From positions 1,942-65,941 of the IMG/VR virus record IMGVR_UViG_3300020202_000070: DNA of 64,000 nt; one strand, given 5' to 3'. The notes below the pieces were generated by a model. That model searched no databases, was not told the origin of the DNA, and worked only from the letters and a program-made list of their open reading frames with translations. The stretch is from a virus (taxonomy: Duplodnaviria > Caudoviricetes). A program made the translations under genes and the position numbers. Of the stretch, positions 8,823-16,333 are shown one piece after another; the first letter of the stretch is position 1; every line of letters starts with the position of its first letter.

Positions 8823-10115
8823 TCAACCGTTGCGCAGGGTCGCCAGGTCGCTCTCGACGGCGGCCTTGCGGTCGGCCTCGCTCTCGAGCGTGTCGCGCGG
8901 CCTGTCCTTCTTCGGATCCTTCGGCGCGTTGACCGTGCCGGGCGCCGCGGAGCGAGCCGGCTTGGGTCCGCCCGGCTTGGCCGGGTTGCCGGCGTCCTTC
9001 GGCTTGAAGCTCTCGGCCAGTTCCCTCTGCCGCTTGTCGCCCCTGACGCCGGCGACGGCCTCGACCTGGAGCGTGGTCGGCACGAAGCCGAGCGACTCGC
9101 ACAGCTCGCGGGCCTTCTTCTCGGCCTTGAACTGCTTCAGCTCCTCGCTCTCCATCGCGTCCTTGTCCTTCTTGTCGTCGCCGTCCTCGCTCTCGGAGGC
9201 GTCCTTCGCGGGCGGCTCTTCGGGCTCGTCGGAGCCGGTGAGCTTCTTGTGGGCCTTCAGGTACTCGGTCACCTGCTTGCCCACTTCCTTCTCGTCCATG
9301 TCGCCGGACACGTACTTGTCGAACAGCTTGTCGATGGCCGCCTTGAAGCCGGCCCACAGCGCGTCGTGCTCGTCGCCGTCGTCGGCCGGCGCATCGACCG
9401 GCGCGTCCATGAGCGGGGCCATGCCGTCGTCTTCGAGCAGGCGGTCGGCCCACAACTGGCGCGGCTTCGACCAGTCGCCGTAGCGCGCCTCCAGGAGTTC
9501 GCGGAGATTGGTCGTCTTCGGGGCGGGCATCTCGCTCTCCCAGAGGGTGCGGTTCGTTGCCGGCTTGTCCACGAGGTCCACGGACCTCACCGTCGCCAGT
9601 TCTTCAATTACCAGACGCTTGTTCGCCCGGTCGAATCGCTCGCGCTTCGCCGCAGCGTTGTGCGACAGGCCGTAGACGCCGAGGCCCTTCTTCACGTCCT
9701 CGACCACGCGCGGGGCCATCGGGTGCGAGGTCAGGTAGTGCAGGTCGGCCCACACCGCCGGCTCGCCGTTCTCGTCGTCCTCCAGGAGCACGTTGCGCAG
9801 CACGCCGAACGTGTCCTCGACCGGCCGCTCCTTGCCCGGCTGCGACCGGTCCGCCGGGTGGTTGCACTTGACCTTCTTGCCCTCGTACTCGCCGATCGCC
9901 TGCCGCATGCACGGCAGGTAGTCCGTGCCGTTCTCGGCTTCCGTCAGGCCGTGGTTGTTGCGGCTGAACCGGCCGAGCACCTTCACACGGAAGATGATGC
10001 CGGCCTCTTCGTCGATCTCCAGCGGCGAGGTGTGGACGCCCGCACCGAACGCGACGGCCTCGAAGAGGGCGCGCTGGTGTTTGGTGGGCGGTTTGGTCTT
10101 GGTCCGCGAAGGCAT
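8823..10115 (-). CDS. Prohead protease/scaffold fusion
   Basis: KCNHP, YGLSHNA, VRSVDLVDKPAT protease motifs followed by an acidic/coiled-coil scaffold. Confidence 0.82.
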   Translation of the reverse strand: MPSRTKTKPPTKHQRALFEAVAFGAGVHTSPLEIDEEAGIIFRVKVLGRFSRNNHGLTEAENGTDYLPCMRQAIGEYEGKKVKCNHPADRSQPGKERPVEDTFGVLRNVLLEDDENGEPAVWADLHYLTSHPMAPRVVEDVKKGLGVYGLSHNAAAKRERFDRANKRLVIEELATVRSVDLVDKPATNRTLWESEMPAPKTTNLRELLEARYGDWSKPRQLWADRLLEDDGMAPLMDAPVDAPADDGDEHDALWAGFKAAIDKLFDKYVSGDMDEKEVGKQVTEYLKAHKKLTGSDEPEEPPAKDASESEDGDDKKDKDAMESEELKQFKAEKKARELCESLGFVPTTLQVEAVAGVRGDKRQRELAESFKPKDAGNPAKPGGPKPARSAAPGTVNAPKDPKKDRPRDTLESEADRKAAVESDLATLRNG

Positions 10116-10129
10116 GGTGCGATAATGGG

Positions 10130-10408
10130 CCGGCGCACGAGGCCGGATCAAATCGCGAGGGGCCGCGAACGAATACCGCGGCGGAGGTGGTCCATGATGA
10201 CCGCGCTTGAGGTGTTACGGTTTCTGGCCCTCTGCGCCGTGGTGGTGTTCCTCTTGCTGTCACGCCGGGCGGCGAACCGCGCGGAGCGGATCAGGCACGA
10301 GTGGGAAGAGTCGCGGCGAAAGTACGGGAGGCGGCCATGACGCCGGAAGAGCGGGCGCGGTCGGTGGCGGAATTCGCCGTCCGGCGCACGAGGCCGGATC
10401 AAATCGCG
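10130..10408. repeat. 28-bp perfect direct repeat (10130-10157 and 10381-10408)
   Basis: CCGGCGCACGAGGCCGGATCAAATCGCG read at both sites. Confidence 0.9.
10194..10340 (+). CDS. Small single-TM protein
   Basis: MMTALEVLRFLALCAVVVFLLLSRR; GGAGG RBS upstream. Confidence 0.55.
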   Translation: MMTALEVLRFLALCAVVVFLLLSRRAANRAERIRHEWEESRRKYGRRP

Positions 10409-10418
10409 GGAGGTGCGG

Positions 10419-10689
10419 GGTGACCGAGAAGCAGATCGCGGAAGTGGCGCGCGCCGTCGCGAAGACGCTCCTCCCGCACCCGAGTACCGCGGACCAGGAA
10501 GTGGTCGCCGCGGCCGTCCGCGAGGCCGTGGCCGCCGAGCGGGAGCGGTGCGCGAGACTCGTGGAGGGCTGCCGGGGCGAAGTGGACGAAGACGGCGGCG
10601 CCGTGTCCGATCAGTTCGGCCACTGGGAGGGGGAGTGGTTCATCCCCGACACCGACGCGATCGCCGCCGCCATCCGCGAGGGCAACTGA
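10419..10689 (+). CDS. Hypothetical protein
   Basis: AVAAERERCARLVE...IAAAIR motif common in small phage proteins; start approximate. Confidence 0.55.
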
Positions 10690-10690
10690 C

Positions 10691-11902
10691 GTGAGCGACG
10701 AAGCCGCCCTGCTGGCCGCCATTCTCGCGTTCCCCGACGAGGACACGCCGCGGCTGATCTACGCCGACTGGCTGCAGGAGCACGGCCAAGAGGAGCGGGC
10801 GGAGTTCGTCCGCGTGCAGTGCGAGCTGGCGAAACTGCCGGAGCCGGAAGAAGTCACCATCTTCCGCGCCGACGGTGGGCCGGTGTGCAAGGCGTGTATG
10901 CGCGTCCGCGGCGGAAGCGGGTTGTGTCGCTATCACGAACTCGGCCGCCGCGAGCGGGAGTTGCTCCGCGATTGGACTCGCGCGCTGTTGGAGCCCCGGC
11001 CCCCGGGCATGTACAGCTTCATGGGCGACGGCAGTTTGGGCTGGGGCACTCCCAGCGGCGACATCCCGGTCGAGTTCCGCCGCGGCTTCGTGGAGTCGCT
11101 CACCTGTACCGCCGCCGACTGGTTCACGCACGGCGACACGATCCGCGAGCGGCACCCGGTCACGCGCATCACGCTGACGACGCGACCGCGACTCTTGGAA
11201 GACGCGGACGGTGCCCTGCTACTCGGCGACCTGCGCTCCCTGTGGATCGCCTGGACGGAAGTGGCGAAGCACCACAGCGACGACGACCCGATGCCCGACC
11301 GCTGGCTGCTGGCGTTCCTGCGCTGCCGCTGGCCGGGGGCCGAGTTCGAGGTGCCAGAGCGAGTCGCCGGCGTCGATCCCGCCAGCTCGGAGGGCGACTT
11401 CACCGCCATGTACGAAGCCGGCGCGGCCGCCGCGATGCAGCAGGAGCAGGCGGTGATGGACGCGTTCCTCGGCGCCGACGCGCCCGGCAAGGGCTTGCCC
11501 GTTGCCGGCTGGCTGATGGAGCCGGTGGCCGTCGGCAACCTCCGCGGCATGCGAATGAGCGTCACGGTTCCAGGACCGGCGGTTACGCACGCGGAAGGCT
11601 CGCGGTTCGGCCCGGTGCGGGGCGTGACGATCACCGGCGCGGAGCACCGCTGCCGCGCGAGGCTGACGGAGGTGGTCGAACTGCTGGGGTTGACCACGTA
11701 CCGCGCGATCTCGGAAGGAGTGGTGGAGGCGATCCCAGCGACGAACCAGGCCGAGTTCAACGCGATGGTGGGCGGCATCCTGGAGCACATGATCACGCAG
11801 GACGGGCTGCTGCCGGGGCCGGACGACGAGGAGGATGAGGACGGGGACGACGAAGAGGGCGACGGCACCGGCGGCGCCGACGAGCACCTCAGCTACCCGT
11901 AG
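10691..11902 (+). CDS. TIGR02996 domain protein
   Basis: SDEAALLAAILAFPDEDTPRLIYADWLQEHGQEERAEFVRVQCELA; FRRGFVE. Confidence 0.9.
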   Translation: MSDEAALLAAILAFPDEDTPRLIYADWLQEHGQEERAEFVRVQCELAKLPEPEEVTIFRADGGPVCKACMRVRGGSGLCRYHELGRRERELLRDWTRALLEPRPPGMYSFMGDGSLGWGTPSGDIPVEFRRGFVESLTCTAADWFTHGDTIRERHPVTRITLTTRPRLLEDADGALLLGDLRSLWIAWTEVAKHHSDDDPMPDRWLLAFLRCRWPGAEFEVPERVAGVDPASSEGDFTAMYEAGAAAAMQQEQAVMDAFLGADAPGKGLPVAGWLMEPVAVGNLRGMRMSVTVPGPAVTHAEGSRFGPVRGVTITGAEHRCRARLTEVVELLGLTTYRAISEGVVEAIPATNQAEFNAMVGGILEHMITQDGLLPGPDDEEDEDGDDEEGDGTGGADEHLSYP

Positions 11903-12731
11903 CCAGGATCGGTTCGAGCCAGCAGCGGCACGAGAAAGCCCAACTGCCATCCGCCTCCCGCGGCGGGTGCGGGCATTCGCTCAACCCCTTCTGCCCCGGC
12001 CCCGGCTTGCAAAAGAACTGCTGGCCGTCGCGCTTGCGGTGCTCCGGCCGCGTCCGGCTGTCGAGCACCGCCCGCACCGTGTAGCCGAGGATGAGGTCGC
12101 CCTCGATCCGCGCGTACACCTCGCGCTCGGCCTGGTGCGCGACGTACAGCCCGGCGGTGCGGGCCACGCGCCGCGCGGTCGTCTGGACGTCCTGCACGAG
12201 CGGCCGGATCGCCACGGCGATCTTCTGCACGCTCAAGCCCTGCTGTACGCCGCTGGCAATTTGCGCCGCGAGCGAGTCGGGGGCGGCCAGTGCCGTCAGC
12301 GCCTGGAACGCCCCCCACCACCCGCTGCCGTACACGACGCGCGCCACCGCCTGCTCGTCGAGCGGCGGCAGCAGCATCCCCACGAGCAGGTCGGTTTCCG
12401 CGGCCACGTCTTCCAGGAGGCCGCGCCGGCGGAGCAGCTTCAGCCGCGCCGCCCGCGGCAGGGTCGCGGCGAGCTTCTCGGCACCCCACTTCGCGGCGTC
12501 GCGGTGGGCTTTGGTGAGGTCGGCGGCGACGTCGTGGGCGACGGCCGGCAGGAGCCGCAGGACGCGGCCGGCGCGGGCGTAAACGTGCAGCCAGGGGCCG
12601 CCATCACGGATGACGCGCAGGAGCTGGAGCCACACGCGGCGAACGCCCAGCTCGGCCTGATTGGCGGTCTGATCGGCGCGGGCGAGCAGCTTCGCCTGGT
12701 GCTCCTCGACGGCCGGCAGCGTGCGGGGCAT
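11889..12731 (-). CDS. Phage head morphogenesis protein (MuF / SPP1 gp7)
   Basis: ARRVART, AVLDSRTRPEHRKRDG, C-terminal CRC. Confidence 0.85.
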   Translation of the reverse strand: MPRTLPAVEEHQAKLLARADQTANQAELGVRRVWLQLLRVIRDGGPWLHVYARAGRVLRLLPAVAHDVAADLTKAHRDAAKWGAEKLAATLPRAARLKLLRRRGLLEDVAAETDLLVGMLLPPLDEQAVARVVYGSGWWGAFQALTALAAPDSLAAQIASGVQQGLSVQKIAVAIRPLVQDVQTTARRVARTAGLYVAHQAEREVYARIEGDLILGYTVRAVLDSRTRPEHRKRDGQQFFCKPGPGQKGLSECPHPPREADGSWAFSCRCWLEPILATGS

Positions 12732-12733
12732 CG

Positions 12734-12937
12734 TCACTCCGCCTTCGGTGCGGGCGTCTGCACCGGCTCCCCGCCCAGCTCGCACGTCTGCCGCGGCCGG
12801 TCGCCGCTCGCGCGCAGGTGGCCGCAGTAGCGGGGGCGGGCGTCGTGCGGCAGGGTGAACGTGGCGACGCGAGCCTTGCACGCCGGGCAGGCGACGACGG
12901 GCGGCAGCGTGTTCGGCGGGCCGTCGGGCGTGACCAC
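12734..12937 (-). CDS. Small zinc-ribbon protein ending in a portal-like peptide (VQTPAPKAE)
   Basis: CPAC motif; stop 2 nt before the MuF ATG. Confidence 0.5.
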   Translation of the reverse strand: MVTPDGPPNTLPPVVACPACKARVATFTLPHDARPRYCGHLRASGDRPRQTCELGGEPVQTPAPKAE

Positions 12938-12946
12938 GGGTTGCTC

Positions 12947-13537
12947 CTAGCAGCTCGTCAGCACGCCGTCCCGCAGCCAGCCGTGAAAGCCGTCGGGCGC
13001 GCTGATGAAGATCGACGGGTTCGCGGCCACGTTCGGCGGCTCACCGGTGCGGGTCCAGCCGGGGCCGTTGGTGCTCGGCCCGTCCACCATCCAGTCGGCC
13101 ACGCCAGAACCATCGGGCCTTGCCGGGCAGCGGACGACGAGGCAGCGACCGTCCGGCCCCTTCGTGTGCGGCATCCAGTCGGCGAACCACATCGCGCCTG
13201 CGGGCGCCGCCGGTAGGGCTAGGTCGCCGTTCGTGTGGATCGTGAACGGCTTGCCCGCGTCATCCACGTAGACTGTCAGCGGGAACACTTGCCACTGGTC
13301 CTCGTCGCGGAAGACGTACCCGCACCCGCACTGCTTCGGCCACCGCGGGTCGTCGTGCGGCGGCGCCGGTCGCTCGCCGTCGGCCGGCCCGTCTTCGATC
13401 CGAACGCGGGCGCAGTGGTAGCCCATCGGGCCGGAGCACTTCGCGTCGGGGCTGTGGTCGCCGCTGGACCGGTATCGCCGTAGATACCGGGCCTCGGTGT
13501 CCGTCGGCTTCAGCAGAAAGCACTTGATCGGTTGCAT
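12947..13537 (-). CDS. DUF6527-like protein
   Basis: C-terminal NPSI...FHGWLRDGVLTSC. Confidence 0.6.
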   Translation of the reverse strand: MQPIKCFLLKPTDTEARYLRRYRSSGDHSPDAKCSGPMGYHCARVRIEDGPADGERPAPPHDDPRWPKQCGCGYVFRDEDQWQVFPLTVYVDDAGKPFTIHTNGDLALPAAPAGAMWFADWMPHTKGPDGRCLVVRCPARPDGSGVADWMVDGPSTNGPGWTRTGEPPNVAANPSIFISAPDGFHGWLRDGVLTSC

Positions 13538-13794
13538 CAGCACTCCTTCCACACGCCACGGTGCAGGTGCCCGTGCCAGCTCAGCCCGCCACCGCCCGTG
13601 AGGATCGACGGCGCGGCGGTAATCGTCCCGTCCGCGTGCACGTGGATCGCGTGCTGTTGCAGGCACGCGAGCAGCCCGTTGGGCGTGACGCCGTACCAGC
13701 GACCGGCCGCGTCCTGCCAGTAGTCGCCGGGTCCGTACGGGCATTGCCCTTCGGCCCACGAGTCGGGTGGCGTCGGAATGCGTCTACCTTTCAT
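13537..13794 (-). CDS. Small DUF6527-like protein
   Basis: DGTITAAPSIL...WHGHLHRGVWKEC. Confidence 0.6.
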   Translation of the reverse strand: MKGRRIPTPPDSWAEGQCPYGPGDYWQDAAGRWYGVTPNGLLACLQQHAIHVHADGTITAAPSILTGGGGLSWHGHLHRGVWKEC

Positions 13795-13801
13795 GGCTGG
13801 C

Positions 13802-14200
13802 TCACCCCGTCGTCGCCGGTTCGGGCTCGGGGGACGGCAGCAGCGCCGCGCACAAGCGCGCCACCTCCGCCTCCATCCGCCCGCGGTCGCCGGACGCCGC
13901 CGCGGCCTCGTCGGGGACGAAGTCGGCGCGGACGAACCGGGCCTGCCCGCGACAAGAGACTTGGAAACGGGGCTCGCCGTCGAGGTCATTGACCACGACG
14001 TTCGGCGGCCAGTTCTCCAGCCAGGCGGGCTCGTACCCCGCCGGCGCCGGCCCGAGTGCCGCCACCCGCTCGGCGATGAACTCTTCGAGGAGCAGGAGCG
14101 ACTCCTTGACCTCCCGCTCGGTGCCGCAGCGGTACTCGCGGTGCTCGGTGGGCACCGCGTCGCCGTGGGTCAGGTATCTCGTCTTGATCGTCCGCGCCAT
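13802..14200 (-). CDS. Hypothetical protein
   Basis: Coding-like ORF MARTIKTRYL. Confidence 0.55.
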   Translation of the reverse strand: MARTIKTRYLTHGDAVPTEHREYRCGTEREVKESLLLLEEFIAERVAALGPAPAGYEPAWLENWPPNVVVNDLDGEPRFQVSCRGQARFVRADFVPDEAAAASGDRGRMEAEVARLCAALLPSPEPEPATTG

Positions 14201-14219
14201 TTCGTCGCCTCGCATCGGA

Positions 14220-14429
14220 TTACGCTTTCGCCTTCGGCTTCACTTCCGCTTTCAGCCGCGCCGCCTCGCCCTCGGCCAGCCCGCCCCACAGGTCCGCGAA
14301 CTCGTCGTCGCTCTGGGCCGGCGGCCGGCCGGCGCGGAGGTTGTTGCAGCTCCACTCGTAGCGCCCGGTCTCGCGGTCCCAGGCGAGGTCGAGCGGGCGG
14401 CCGCAGCGGACGCAGATCGGGCGACGCAC
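14220..14429 (-). CDS. Small hypothetical protein (CxxC)
   Basis: VRRPICVRCGRPL; GAGGAG RBS. Confidence 0.45.
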   Translation of the reverse strand: MRRPICVRCGRPLDLAWDRETGRYEWSCNNLRAGRPPAQSDDEFADLWGGLAEGEAARLKAEVKPKAKA

Positions 14430-14452
14430 GGGCTCACTCCTCGGCCGCGGCG

Positions 14453-14662
14453 TCAGGGCCGCGGTGCCCACACCTGAATCTCGCTGCCGGCGTTCGCGTC
14501 GCGACAGGCGAGCGCCGACGTCTCCGAGGCGAACACGTCCACGATCCGCACGCCGCCCTCGGCGCTCACCTGCACGTACACGACGTACACCCACGGCGGC
14601 GCCGGCTGCACGGGGCCGGGCGGCTGCGGGTCGGGCATGACGGGCGTCGGGTCCGGGCTCAC
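14453..14662 (-). CDS. Small hypothetical protein
   Basis: ORF 3 nt after the upstream stop. Confidence 0.5.
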   Translation of the reverse strand: MSPDPTPVMPDPQPPGPVQPAPPWVYVVYVQVSAEGGVRIVDVFASETSALACRDANAGSEIQVWAPRP

Positions 14663-14665
14663 GGG

Positions 14666-16333
14666 TCACTCCTCGGTCTCGTCGTCCGCCGGCCCCTCCG
14701 GCTCCGCCTCGACCGCGGCGTCGGCCAGTTCGACCGCGCGCATCGCGTCGCCGCCGGTGTGGGCGAGCGCCGCGCAGAACAGCGCGACGTACCAGTCGCT
14801 GTCGAGGTCGCTGCGGCCGATCCTGTCCGCGAGCATCCCCGCCAGCTCCGGGCCGACGCGAATGGGGTCGCTCTCGCTCTCGGTCGCCGTCCGGGCGAAC
14901 GTCGCGGCCACGACCTTTTTCGCCGCCCGGAGCGTCGCCAGGGGGTTGCGGGCTGTGCTGTACGCGAGATACGCGACGCTGACGCTCGGCATCACCGCCG
15001 CCACCTTCGCGGCGATCGGGCCGGCGACCGCGAGCGCCGCCCCGCCCGTCGCGTAGCCGCCGAAGAAGTCGGCCACGTGCAGCGCGTGCCGGAGCTTCGT
15101 CGCGGCCTCCTCCGACAGCCCCCGCTCCTTCGCCGCTTCCGCCGCGACCTCCTGCACCTTCACCGCGGCGTACATCAGCCGGCGCTCGACGGCGTGGAAG
15201 ATCGCCAGCCCGCCGCGGCCCAGCGCCAGCACCGCCCGCCCGCCGCGCGAGCCTTCGAGCTTCGCCACGAGCTTGTCCTTGACGCGCGCCAGCCGGCCCC
15301 TCTCGGCCGCGGGCAGCGCGTCGTGGTGCGCGTCGGCGGCCGCGGTCTCGGCCTCGGCCGGGTCGGGGGTGTTGCCGGTCGGGGGGGTGCGTGCGTCCGC
15401 ACCGGCGTCGCCGCTCCCCACGTGCTCGCCGTCCACGTACCGCTGCTTGCGCCCGGCGGCGTCGGTGATCGTGCCGGAGAAGCCGTGCTCCAGCAGCCAG
15501 CGGTGCGAGGCGTCGGCGTCGGCGGCGGCCTCGGATTCGGTGCGCCCCGGTGCAGGCGCAGGCCGCGCCCCGCCGGCGTTGGCCGCCCGCCACAACTCCC
15601 GCAGCGTCTCCTCGTCGTAATAGACCGGAACCGCGGTCGCCTCGGCCCGGATCGCCCCGGCGACCCGGTGGTGGCCGTCGGTCACCTGCGGGCGGAGTTC
15701 GGGGTGGTCGGCCGTGCCGCGCAGGAGTACCGGCGTGATCGGCTCGCCCCGACCGACCGCCTCGGCGATCCGGGCGACCTTCTCCTCCCCGCCGGTTTCG
15801 CCGCGGCCCACCTCGGACCAGTCGTCCGCCTCGCTCGGGTCGATGTCCGCCACGCGCACGACGTCGTGCGGCGGCGGCACGCGGTCCCCCGCACGCTCGG
15901 CCGCGTGCCGGTCGAGGAAGGCGTCGAGGCTCAGGCCGCGGGCGTCGGACCGCAGGGCCGGGAGCCCGACCGGGTCGGCGTGGATCGGGGCGGGCTTCTT
16001 CACGCCTCCAGTATTCGTCCCGTCCCCAGGCTTTCCAGTCCTTTCCGCGGGACGAGGGGCGCCAGCTTGCGGCCCCTTTGCCGGCACGGGTCGGCCGTTC
16101 TTCATCGTGTACCACCGGCCGGTGCCACCACGCCACACCTCGCCCTCGCGGCGATGACCGCCCTCGCTCTCGAGCGCCTCGCCGTGCTCGGCCCCAGTCG
16201 CCTCGCCGGCGGTCAGTTCCGCGAGCGCCTCCGGGTCGTCGCCCCGCTCCGCCAGCCACGCGGCCAGCTCCGCGTCGCCGTCGGCGTGCGCCGCGAGGAT
16301 CATCTCCTGGAGCGTGTCGAGGGCCTGGCTCAT
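14666..16333 (-). CDS. Multidomain probable internal head protein with a ParB/Srx-like domain
   Basis: ATG overlaps the portal stop (ATGA); PITPVLL...VTDGHHRVAGA; hydrophobic C-terminal helices. Confidence 0.7.
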   Translation of the reverse strand: MSQALDTLQEMILAAHADGDAELAAWLAERGDDPEALAELTAGEATGAEHGEALESEGGHRREGEVWRGGTGRWYTMKNGRPVPAKGPQAGAPRPAERTGKPGDGTNTGGVKKPAPIHADPVGLPALRSDARGLSLDAFLDRHAAERAGDRVPPPHDVVRVADIDPSEADDWSEVGRGETGGEEKVARIAEAVGRGEPITPVLLRGTADHPELRPQVTDGHHRVAGAIRAEATAVPVYYDEETLRELWRAANAGGARPAPAPGRTESEAAADADASHRWLLEHGFSGTITDAAGRKQRYVDGEHVGSGDAGADARTPPTGNTPDPAEAETAAADAHHDALPAAERGRLARVKDKLVAKLEGSRGGRAVLALGRGGLAIFHAVERRLMYAAVKVQEVAAEAAKERGLSEEAATKLRHALHVADFFGGYATGGAALAVAGPIAAKVAAVMPSVSVAYLAYSTARNPLATLRAAKKVVAATFARTATESESDPIRVGPELAGMLADRIGRSDLDSDWYVALFCAALAHTGGDAMRAVELADAAVEAEPEGPADDETEE

